Source: Cenococcum geophilum
Lineage: Eukaryota
Length of the DNA: 64,000 nt
Direction of reading: 5' to 3'
Assembly (NCBI GenBank): GCA_050273025.1
Contig: CP158635.1
Location: forward strand, 11,470,001-11,534,000
The translations under genes were made by a program, and so were the position numbers. Shown one piece after another: positions 50,714-62,400 of the stretch. Numbering within the stretch: position 1 is the stretch's first letter; each line of letters begins with the position of its first letter. The notes under the pieces were generated by a model, which saw nothing but the letters and a program-made list of their open reading frames with translations, did no database searches and was not told the origin of the DNA.

Positions 50714-50905
50714 TGTTATGGGACGGGGTAGTGGCTACAAGACGTATGTATTCGAGGAGTCTATAAGACGTTACGCGATCGATTGTAAGGGTCGAGGGCG
50801 TAAGGAGGTGATATACCTACGCGTAGCTGACATAAGCTGTACGCGAGGTGTACGCGAGAGCACGGGGCTCTCCTATGGAGGCCCCTGCGGTGGGGTTCCG
50901 TGACA
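50714..50905 (-). repeat. 5' LTR of element B
   Basis: Intact TG...CA termini; direct repeat of 44562-44753. Confidence 0.95.
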
Positions 50906-53340
50906 AGGGGATACTAATTTTTAATTATAATCTTGTTTAGGCGTCTGTAGTTAATATATAGCCATATTATACCGTCTGCTTTCAGTATAAAGAGGATAAG
51001 TGCTCTAGTAGGCGACTTACTAGGCCTAATCTAGCCCTTTTTAAGAGTACTGTCTAGGTACTCTTATAAGATCTATAACTCTTTCTATAAGAGGTTATAG
51101 AGGGGCATTTACGGTAGCGTCTTGCCTTCTTTTAAGTTGATTATATAGTTATACTTAGAGTTCTATAGTAGCATACTTGCTAGCTTATTAGAAAAGATAT
51201 TAATTTCCTCCTTATATATATCTGGCAGGCTAGGGGCTACAAAGGTTAAAGTAATTATTACGTGGTAGTGTACTTCCGGGAGCCAGTAAAGAGAAGGGTG
51301 CGGCCGACATACGTTTTATAGGTATGCTCGCACTAAGAGTATATACAGCTCTACTATAGTATACTTAATAGTTTTAGGGTTTTAATCACCTCCCCCTTAT
51401 ATATAGGTAATCTGCGCCAGCACTAGAAGGTCTCCACAGGTACTTACTACCAGTAACAGCAGGTCCTCTACTATATTTATAACCGGTATCTCTACGTCCG
51501 GAGGGTCTATATAGGTACTTACTACCAGTAATAATAGGTCCTCTATTATATTTACAACCGACGTAAAAAAGAAGTCTTCTAGCTATAGCAAATAGACTAT
51601 TTTACTAGCCTTAATATCTGCCAGGAGAGCGTTAAGGGTAACTATTTAGAGGCGTCTAGGGTTTAAAGTACCCTAGATAAACTGTCTAGAATGGAAGCTA
51701 ATTAATAGATCTGCTTCCACGAGCCAATCCTATCTAAGAACTATATTATAACTATTAAATAAGCCGCCCTAAAAGGTCTGCGGGCTAATAGTGCAAGAGG
51801 TACCCTAGGAGTCGCTAGTAGTAACCATTAGATTATAAGCATCCTAGATTATTATCTAGTTGCTATTAAAAAAGCGTGCAATAGGTTTATATAAATGTAG
51901 CGCGTAGCGTATAGGCAGGTTAAGCCTATAGACGATATCTTAATTAATAAGGTTAATTTAGCACCTATTATTATATAAAGCATATAGGCGGACTTCGCCC
52001 TAGGGCGTATCTATTACAATATATACCATAATACGTTTCTTCTCTCCCTCTATATTAGGCCCTAGTTATAGTTAAAAGAGATACGCTACTAGGGCTTTAG
52101 GTTTTCCAAAGCCTAAGCTAACTTCTCTTTATTAGCCTACTTCCAGTATTCCTTACGGTGGCCGCCTACGGTCCTTTAACTCGCCTACGTAGCACTAGCG
52201 TCCAGGGGGTCCCCTAAGCCATCTAGCTTTTAGGTAGTCTCCCTAGGAGTTTACTTAGAAAAGCGTTGCCCTTTTTAGGTTCTGTTCCCTAAGCCTAACT
52301 CTATAAAGCCTATACTGCGACCACGCTTCGTATACAATAATTTGCCGCTACTACTTACGCGATCTTTTGCAAGCTTTGTAGTATCAAGCAATTGCTTTAT
52401 ACGGCGGATTTCGTTAAAGAGGTCTTTAGCAGTTCTTACCCGTTAGGCGAAGTTCTAGCGGAAGAGCTCTACTTATAGGTGGGCTAGGAGATATAAGAAC
52501 TAAAAGTCTACCTATTATTTAGGATTAACAAAAGGGGTATATAAGAAGAGGTCCTCTAAGCTATATATATGGGCTAGGAAGACGTTAAACCTCTAGTTCT
52601 CCTTTATAACAGCCGTATAGTATATTATAGCGTTATTAAAGCGTCTTACTATAGGATTCCTAATCTGGTCTTAGACTATAGTCTTAAATTTATCCTATAG
52701 TAAAGGACCCTTATCCTTAGTGCCTAACCGGCAATAAACTAGTTAGGTAATTATCTTCTCTTTTACAAGACCTTTAATGGCCCAGCGCATACGTCACTTA
52801 TAGTCGTAGTTAGCATTATTAACCTTAAATCGGTTCTTAACTGCGGTAATCCACCAGTTGAAATACTGTTAAGTAGTACCGCCAATATCGGGTAGTAACT
52901 TCTTAACTAGGGCGTTGAGATTTGTTCGGCGTATACGTTCGCTATATAACTTGTGCTCTTTACTAAAAAGGCAACGGGAGGGCTTTATTAAATCGATAAT
53001 ACTCTGTAAGTTGGCTATTTTCTTAGCCAGCTTATCTAGCTCCTTTATATTAGCGGTATTAGGTAGGACGCTAGTAACCTTACTAAGCTCCTATTAAGCC
53101 TAGGTATATAAGTTAAACTAGTCTTTAGCGTTCGTAGATGTCTAATCGTTTTAAGATTTAGAAAATGGCTTAAATGCTACTAGTATGCTTCTAGCGGTTT
53201 TGTCTACACTAGATCCTAAGGCGTTCTACAGTCGCATCGCTAGCATATTACCGTCGGGTGCAGGCGTCGGTTTTCTTTTCGGAGGCATTATAGAAAAATT
53301 AAACCGGCTATCCTCCTAAGGGGATTGGTAAGGATTCGAA

Positions 53341-53566
53341 TATAAGGTAAGGATGTAGATAGGGAGTCTAATGGTAGAACAATAGGTATATTGTATAGAC
53401 AGAGACAAATCCTTAAGGGAAAAAGGAGGAGTCTGTGTATAAGGTAGGAAGGGTTTTCCCTAGGCATATGCAGAGCACGTACCTCACGGGCGAGTTACCC
53501 CTAGGTTGCCCCAGGGTCGCCCATACCTTACGGCTATATAACTATCTACTTAGGTTTTACCTAACA
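53341..53566 (-). repeat. 5' LTR of element A
   Basis: Direct repeat of 40392-40617; gag relic follows on the minus strand. Confidence 0.93.
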
Positions 53567-56518
53567 CTATTATAGACCTATTAATTGCCTTTACGGACTA
53601 TTATAAGACTTCTCAAACTATTACGGACCCGTTAATTGATTTTACGGACCGTTATAAGACCTCCTCCACCCGCTATAAGCTACTACTACCCATTATAGCT
53701 TATATAGATATACTACGCTATATAATATAGCAGATATAAGCAAGCAAATTAATAAAGGCTAAAAGAAGTGGAGTTAGGGAGTTAACCTTACGTCTATAAA
53801 CGGCGTTAACGATTATATTAATTTTAAAATCCTTAAATACAGACACTTTAAGCTTCTAAATAACAATCTATAGGAATAATATAAGGAAGACTTTATAGAC
53901 TTTATAGAAGCTATTTTTAAGACTTATAACCTTATAGCTACCCGCAACCTATAAACCCTCTTATATAACTAAGGTATATAGGTTAAAAAGAATAGGCAAG
54001 TTACTATTACACGGTCTCTGTATAATACACTATATAAGGAGGACTAAACGGAATAGATTAAAGAGCAGATTTTAGATTATATTAAAACCAGTAGACTCTT
54101 TGTCTCTTTTAAACTTAATAGGATCTCTAGTCTTATAGATAACCTATTTAACTAAATTTATTCTATAAACTAAAGAGATCTTAGAATTAATCTTACGGGC
54201 TAAAGTATACCTAGTACTTAAGTTACGGACTATAATACCCCTATAAACCAAAATATAGACTAAAACCCTTCTATTACTTAAGTTATAGATCCGTAAACTA
54301 CCTAAGTAAAAACCTATAGTAAGGAGCTAGCTAACCTAGCTAAGCTCTATACCGACAAATCTAAGTATAGCGGTAAAAATAATAATTTTAACTTTAAACT
54401 AACTATCTTTACGGACCTCTACTAGAAGGCTAATATTCCTAAATAGGAATTCAGCTAAGCCTATTCTACTATACTGCGCGGCCTAGCCCTTAACTACTAT
54501 TATACTAACCTTAAGAGTAACCCCCTTAGTGTTCCCTTTAATAAGCTATATAAAGCTATATATAACTACTTTAAAGGGCTAGAATATAAGCGTAATATCC
54601 TTATACAATAAAATATAATTAAGTTACGGACTGTAATTAATAAGAATACCAAAAAATCGACTATAGAATGCCTGCAAATTCTTATTAAAGACCTTCAGCA
54701 CTTATAGCACGGCCTTAATACTAAGCTTTAAATAGACGACTTCCTATATAATAAATTTATTACAGCCTACTAGGAAGTAAAACCCTATAAATACGCCTGT
54801 TATAAGCTTATAGACACCTTAACTAGCCTTATTAATAATTTACGGTCCTCTATTATAATATATAAAGTTTTAAACCTACTAGGTAGTACTTAAGGCTTTA
54901 TTACTAACCTATAAAACCTATAAACTAACTTAGATACCTACTTTACGGACCGCCGCTACTACTAGCAGTACTTATACCAACTAAGTCCCAACCGTAACCC
55001 CTATAATAAACCCTATATAAAAGCATACCCCTATAGATAAACCAGCTAGAAGTGCTTTATATGCAGTAAGGAAGAATATTAGTCTATAAGGTATACCTAG
55101 AAAGAATATAACAAGTTTAAGAAAAGATTTAACAGCTAGATTAACTAGTTTATCTTAAACTATAAAGGAGAGGAAGTAGAGGAGTCTCTTAATAAGTTAA
55201 TAGAAGCCCTTATAATTAACTTTAACTTAAATACCTAAGAATAGGAGACCTTAGAGACGTTCTTAACTACTTTTAAACCTTTTATAGACAGCTAAGCCTT
55301 TAATATTACGACTATATTAGCTAACCGCTCCTTTATATACTTAATCGCACCTAAAAACCAGCCTATAAGCATACCTATTAGACCCGTTATAGATGTTATA
55401 GACCGCGAATAGGACCTATTTGCATATATCACCACAGAACGCTATACCCCTAAAGAATTCTATAGCGTTATAATCGATATAAATACCTCTAAGAAGTCTA
55501 CTATAGGTTATGGATAATACCTTATATATAAGACCACTATAAATAATAATACGGACATTAATACTATGTAAACTGGGGCCGTAAACGTCTAATTCGGCAT
55601 CGGCTTAACCGCATTAATTAGATTAGTTATAGTTAAGACTCCAATTAGCCTAGTTAACTTCTATATAGTAAAAGCGGATACCCCTTTTCTACTTTACCTT
55701 ATAAACATAGATAGGTTATAGGTTTACTATAACAATGTTACAGACACCTTAATTAGCCCTATAACTGCCCTAGGAAGTAAGTATATCACCCTACTAATTA
55801 TATAATAATTTAGACACCCATTTCTTATATAGGGAGAGACTTTACGGACCTATATTTAGGAATCTTTTAACTATAACCTATACTACCTTACCAGTACTAA
55901 AATCCACTACCTATACCACTGTTTCGGCCACCTATTAGCTGAAAAGCTATATAAAGTCCTTAAACACTTTAGATATAACAATATTAATAAAAAGGCAATC
56001 AACTACCTACCTAAATACTACTCCTTCTGTTAGAAATATAGACGTTCCCCAGGCCAATTTAAGTTTACTCTTTATAAAGACCTTAATTTTAACCACTTAG
56101 TATATATAGACATTATATACATTAATGGTAGCCTAGTATTATACATAATTAATAAGGCAACCCGCTATTAAGCCGCCTATTAGTTGTAAAATATATCCAT
56201 AAAATATACTTAGGATATTTTACGGACCTACTAGATTAACATATACGTTAAAACCCCTAAGTATATTACCTACAACGCTAGTAGGAACTTTATTAGCAAG
56301 GAATTCCAATAGCACGCTATAGCTATAGCTATTTTAATAAAAGCCGTTCTAGTTAAGGCGCACTAGTCTATTAAACTTATTAAGTAAGCTTACCTAGCTC
56401 TATAGAGAGCTTACTAGATTATTACAGACAAGTATAAGGATATTTAAAAGGAACTAGCTTTATAAATAGCTATAAAAGCCGTTAATAACACCGCTAGCCC
56501 TAACGGACTAGTACCTAC

Positions 56519-59478
56519 TATTAGCAACTCAGTCAATCAAGGCACGAGTATAGCAAAAGGGTCGCGCAAGCCTATACGATTGGATTATCTATAAACGAGG
56601 ATCTAAAGCTAGAGAAAGGAAAGGAGACGGAGGGCGGCGCCGCTTAACGTTATATACGATCCTCTAGTCACGTAATAATAACTATTTAGAACTATATAAA
56701 ACTGTCTACGACTATCTATAACTATCTGCAACTGTTTATAACTGTCCGCTATAATCCACTAATATCTATTAGCTATAATCTACCAGTTTCCACCAGTGCT
56801 GTAATATTACCCCCCCCCCTCTAAAAAAGCCTGCCCTTAGGCTTTATACGTCCGTATTATATCTATAGGGTATTCTTATCTTTATGCTTAATGGGCAGCT
56901 TATTGTCTTTACTATTTTAGCACTCTATTTACTTATTAAGGTACTTTAGGGGTCCGGGTTCGTTAGGGTAACGACTATAAAATTTCTAAAGCTTATAGGG
57001 ACTACCTATAAAGTTCTATATAGGGTACTAAGTAGGGTCTAGGTTGTACCCTTTCCAACTAATATAATATTTTAACGTTCCCCTTACAAGCTTATAGGCC
57101 AGTATTTCTTTAATTTCCTATTTGTCGTCGCTATTAACTTAAATCGGTAGGGGGGGTTTATTCCTTTATCTAGGTAATAGGTTATTTACGGCTTTCTATA
57201 GTTTAGCCGGAGAGAAAATAGGGTGAACTTTAATTAAATCTGGGAGCTTTATTTTATACGCGTTGCTTATCTTCTTAAAAACCTTATATAGTCCTACTAT
57301 TTAATAGTCTAGCTTATAGCTAGGTCGTTCCGTCTTTTAGTTCTTTATTATAACCTAGACTATATTTCTTACGGTAAAGTTAGGCTCTCGCCTATACTTA
57401 TTTGCCTACTATTATATTAATTTCTAGGCCTTTTTTAGATTTATATAGGCTACTATTTAGGCTTCTTCTAAGTGTTTAGTATACTGCTAGGCTTCCTTAT
57501 AAAATAGTTTTTCGTGTATAGTCTAGAGTCCTTCTAGTCTTTCCCAGTTAAAGCTTATACGGGGTAAGTAGCCCATTTCTAGCTAGATAGGGGCAAATCC
57601 TATAGAGTTATAAGGTAGGGTTGCTTGGGCGTAGTCTATTAGGGGTAGCAGTTTAGCCTAGTTATCTTAAAAGTAGTTAATAAAGGGCTAAAGTCTTTAG
57701 TCTAAGTATTAATTTATAATTTCCGTCTAACTATTTATCTGGGGGTGGTATACTATAGAAAGCTTTAGCTTAATACCTAAGATCCGGGTAAACTTATTCT
57801 AGAAAGCTGAAATAAATTACGGCCTATAATTGGATATAATAGTATCTAGTAGTCCGTAAATTTAGTAGACGTAGTAGATATATAATCGGGCCGCCTTTTT
57901 AGTATTAATATTCTTATAATAGGGGATTAAGAACGGGCGCTTACTAAAGTGGTTAACTAGGATTATAACTATATTATATCCGTTATAGTCTATAGGTAGT
58001 TTATAGAAGTCTATAGAGATATACTACTAGGGGCGTTCTAGTATTAGGAGTGGTTTTAATAGTCCTAGGGTTTTATTTCGTGGAATTGTAAATCTATAGC
58101 AGTCGTTATAGTTCCGTATATAGCGGTTAATATTTATAACTATTTTGGGCTAGTAGTAGCGGTCGCTAATAATCTTACGGGGGTTTTTTTTAGGGTAAGC
58201 CGTAGAGACCTAGGCATAAGCTTTAGCAATAAGCCAGATCTATAAGTTCTATTCCTTAGCTACTACTAGCCGTTCCTAGTACTTAAGTAGTCCGTTTTTA
58301 AGGGACTATAGGCTAGTAATGTTCTTTACCTTTTTACAGTACTCCTATAAAGAGGGGGTCGTTTAGTTAGTCTATAGTAGTTTATTAATAAGGTTAAGTT
58401 TAGAGGAGTTAATAGGATGTATCTTGGCGCCTAAGGAGTCCGTGCTTAGTTCTGCCCGTATTTAGGGGTTAAGGTATTCTAGTTATAGTAGCGTCTAGGT
58501 CTATAATAAGATCTTTATAGCTATCTAGTTATCTAGGTCTTGCTTACGCCTTATAAAAGCGTTTATATAGTTTATAGCGCCTATTCTATATATAATTAAG
58601 AAGTTAAACTAATATAGGGTATCCGCCTAGCGTATCTACTGGGCCGTAAGGGCCTTGGTTGTTATAAAGTATTCTAAGGCCTTATAATCTAAAACTACCT
58701 TAATTGGCTTAGGAGTCCCCTTTAGCTATATACGCCAGTGCTAAAAGCTAGAGATAATAGCCAGCATTTCTTTATTATGGATATAGTAGTTTAGCTTAGC
58801 ATCTATTATAGTCTTTAAATAGTATATAATAGGGTGCCACTCTCCGTCTAGTTACTTTTAGGAAAAAACACTAGCTATCGCGCCGTTTAAGGCATTAGTT
58901 TCTAGTATTGAGGGCTGTTTTAGGTTAAAATAGGTAAGTAGGGGAGCCGATACTAGCCGTTTCTTAAGCTTATTAAAGGCCTGCCTATATATAGCGTTAA
59001 AGTAAAAGGGCTAGTCTTTTCTAGTAAGATAGTTAAGAGGCCAGGCAATTCTGCTATAATTCTTAATAAAGCGTTAGTAAAAGTTACAAAAACCTAAAAA
59101 TAATTGTACCCCCTTTACGGTCCGTAGGGGTGCCTACTAGTTAATTACGGCCGTCTTCTCTGGGTCGGTTTTAATTCCGTTTATACTAATAATAAAACCT
59201 AGGTACTTTATATGCTTAATACTAAACTCTAACTTCTTAATATTAACCTAGAGGCTAGCCTTGCGGAGCCGTTATAGGGCTTTATAAACGTACTCCTTAT
59301 ATTCTAGCTCGTTCTTAAAGTAAATTATAATATTATCTAAATAGGCCGTATAGAAGTCGTTAAGGTAGTTAAAGAGTATATTATTTATATACCGCTGGTA
59401 CATAGCTAGTCCGTTAGTTAGTTTAAAAGGGAGTACCTTATATTTATACGTTTTGTAATAGGTCTAAAATATAGTAAG
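56519..59478 (-). mobile_element. Gypsy/chromovirus LTR retrotransposon D, 3' half (inserted in the Copia integrase; interrupted by E)
   Basis: LTR candidate 56519-56806 followed by a C-run PPT. Minus-strand chromodomain (EIxEILA..LKY..SWKGYxxDPT ~57030-57130), integrase, RNase H and RT (AYLDxIII ~59335; YKVLPFxLTNG ~59430), cut at 59478. Second LTR not in window. Confidence 0.85.
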
Positions 59479-62400
59479 TGTAACGGCGCTATTATACGTT
59501 ACCTGCCAAATTCTGCCATATTCTGCCGACCTATAATTGGCCCGCCCAAAGCTAGCGCCTTAGCGGCTCACCCTATATATTTGTTTATATCAGTCCTAGT
59601 AACCCCTTTTCCTTCTCTTTAGCTTAGTATCTTTATAAGATAGCATTCTATAAGCTTTAGTTTAGAGGTATTTGTATAAGCCGTTATATTATACTAAGCT
59701 TACCCTACCTTGCCTGGGAAGGCCTTAATAATATCCCACCCTAAAGAAACTTTGTCTGTAATAATGTATTAATACGCTATACTTAGACACTAAAACAACT
59801 CTATATTGTTTGGGAAGGCCTAGATAATATCCCACCTTATAAGCTAAATAGAACTAGACCTATACCCCTAGAATTAAAACTAAAGCGTATAATACTAATA
59901 AACCTTAGGAAGCTAATAATAGTACCTAAAGCAAGCTTATCTAAGAGAGCTGCCTCTACCTAAGAGGAACCTAAGATTTAATTAGGATTAGAAATTAAAG
60001 ATAATAATAACGTTATAGACATACGCGAGTAGATTCGTGCCCTTACAGCTAGCTAGGAAGCCAATTGTCTTAAAGCGAGAAATATATAAGAGACCCTATA
60101 AGAGATCCTAGAAAGCCTTATAGCCCTATAAAATAGCCTAGCTCCTCCTTTTTAAAGCCCTAGCTAACCTATTTACTCCACTAAATATAATATACTAGGG
60201 AGTATAGATATAATAATAAAGTAATTAAAGTCTATTAAGCTCCCTAACCCCCTACCACTATCTAATAGAATAGACCCTACCTTTAAGAATTAGAGGGTTT
60301 AAGTATAAGGAAAGCTCCGTGTTAACTATAACTATTTCCTTTCTAAAGAAGCTAAAATACTCTACCTCTTTAGTTAAACTACTAGAGACGCCTAACGGCA
60401 CCTTTAAGCTAAGTTTAAGGATAACTTCCCTATCTAATTTATATATATTAATAAGATAATACGGCACTTAGCAGCTATGTATATTAACCTAAATAAAGTA
60501 TAGAATGCCCGTTATAACTATAATCGCCTAATAATAAAACTAAACTAACCCTTTATTAAATTTTAGACTTAATTCCTATACCTTATAAGAGAAGGCTAGG
60601 TTCCCCTTAAGAACTACTAATTAGACCTATATAATAAGCTAATAATCTAGCTATAAGAAAAGATTGCCGTAACCTTAAATAACCTACTAACCTATAAAAG
60701 ATTTACAGCTAGGTTAACAGCTTATTACCTATTATTAGACTTAAAACTAAAGCGGATTAACGCCTACCCTAATTAATAGAAGCGACTCTATAATAATTAG
60801 AACTCGCTAGCTATACCTATAGGAGCTAAAGTAGGAAGATAAGTTATAACTACTCTTATACTAAAGGCGGTTATAACTATATACTAGTAAGCCTTACCTA
60901 ACCAGTTATATACTACGCTATTAACTAGTATTTACCGCAATACTCTAATTAACCCTACCTTAGCTACGTGCTATAACTATAATAAGTAGGGTTACTTTAC
61001 CTTATTTTACCTAAAGCTAAAAAATATAGGCGATATTAAGGAGATAGAGGAAGGAGAAACGTCTAATAAGTTAGAAAAAGAAGAATCCTAGGGAAAGACT
61101 CCTCCCTAGGGTACCCTATTAATCTTAAAAAGATTAATCTTAGTTAGTTAATAGGTGGAAAGCATTTTATAGTTCTATATATAGTATCTTAAAATAGATA
61201 TAGAGTTAATATAACCGCCCTTATTAATACTAGAGTAAATAGCTTCGCCTTTATAAATACTGCCTATATAAATAATGTTGCTAAGTTTTTAAATATAGAA
61301 GCTATCTAACTAGAGAAGCCTATTTAGGTAAAAGGCTATAACGGCTAAGCTAGTTAGCCTATTACCTACGTCTTAAAGTTATATATTACTCTTAACGGAT
61401 AACGCTAATATAGTATCCCCTTTTATATCCTAGACCTAGGGTCCTATAATATAATCCTTAGACGAAAATAGATGTCCTATTTTAATATTTAGTTAAATAT
61501 ATAATAAAGACGGTTTGTCTAGCCAGAGGATAGACTAAAGTTACCCTCCTTTATTAGGGAGATCTAAACTAACCGCAAGACATTAGCTATAAGGGCTAAC
61601 CCTACCTACTAGTAGGATGTCTAGGCCTATAACCTAGCTTTTACCTAAGAAAACGCCCGCCATAAAGCTAGAAAGAACTATACTAATAAAGATACTCTTC
61701 TAAAGCACTACGTTTAAAGGGGACTTTACGTATAGAAGTAGGATAAATAGTAATATAAATAATATCTAAATCGCATAAATCTAACTAGTATGGAAAAGAA
61801 CGTATTAATAGGATATAAGGGATAACCTCTAAAAGATATAATAGGAGCTAAAAGAAGTAATAATAACGCTAGTACTCTAGAAGTCCCTAAAGTTATATAC
61901 ACCTCTATTATTAGGTAACCCCCCTACTATAAATATTGCCGTAATTAGCGCTATAGCGTTTTACTTTAATATATACTAGAAGGATAATAAGGTCTTTATA
62001 ATAAGCCTATATAAGATTAACTAAATTATTAATAATAGAGAGGAAAGGCTAGCTAAGGAAACTAATAAGGAACTAGTTAAACGCCTCCTTTTTACCATTT
62101 ATATAAACTATAAGGATATATTTTTAAAGGCGGCCTTAGATAAGTTACCCTCTACTAGATATATAATTATAAGATCTAATTAGAAGCTAATAACTCGCTA
62201 GGCTATAGCCCCCTCTACTATTAATTAATGGATAAGCTAAAAGTAATAAAGTAGTATTTAATTAATAACCTAGATAAAGGGTTTATTAAGCTAAGTTAAG
62301 CCCCTTTTACTTCCCCTATTCTGTTTATAAAAAAGCCTAATAAAAGTCTTAATTTTTATATTAACTATTAAAAGCTAAACGCTATTACTTAAAAGGACCA

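Larger units (their letters stand above)
44562..50905 (-). mobile_element. Gypsy/chromovirus LTR retrotransposon B, full length (6344 bp), nested in the RT of A
   Basis: 192-bp LTRs (TGTTATGGG...CCGTGACA) at 44562-44753 and 50714-50905; TSD AGGGG (44557-44561, 50906-50910); PPT ~44757-44767. Minus-strand gag-PR-RT-RH-INT-chromodomain relic (EEWTI..IIxSK ~45280). Confidence 0.94.
40392..53566 (-). mobile_element. Gypsy/chromovirus LTR retrotransposon A, full length, RIP-inactivated, containing element B
   Basis: 226-bp LTRs at 40392-40617 and 53341-53566; 5-bp TSD CTATT (40387-40391, 53567-53571); polypurine tract at ~40621-40630. Minus-strand RT (VYLDNILIY ~44300), RNase H, integrase and chromodomain (WEVEAIV..YLIKWLGW ~41640-41715). 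Confidence 0.93.
39935..56518 (+). mobile_element. Ty1/Copia LTR retrotransposon relic (host of the nest), RIP-inactivated; interrupted at 40391/53567 and at 56518
   Basis: Plus-strand degenerate gag-protease-integrase at 53570-56518. De-RIPped readings: IDTGAS-like protease (~55470), HRRFGHP (~55915), VDIMYINGSPVLHIIDEATR (~56105), AVNDTAGPDGLVPT (56478-56518). Integrase directly after protease is the Copia order. The left boundary/LTR (~39935-40200) is tentative. Confidence 0.7.

Noticed and set aside
53329..53341. TTCGAATCC resembling a tRNA T-loop
   Set aside because: No cloverleaf around it; better explained as the self-priming site of element A. No tRNA or rRNA gene was recognised in the window.
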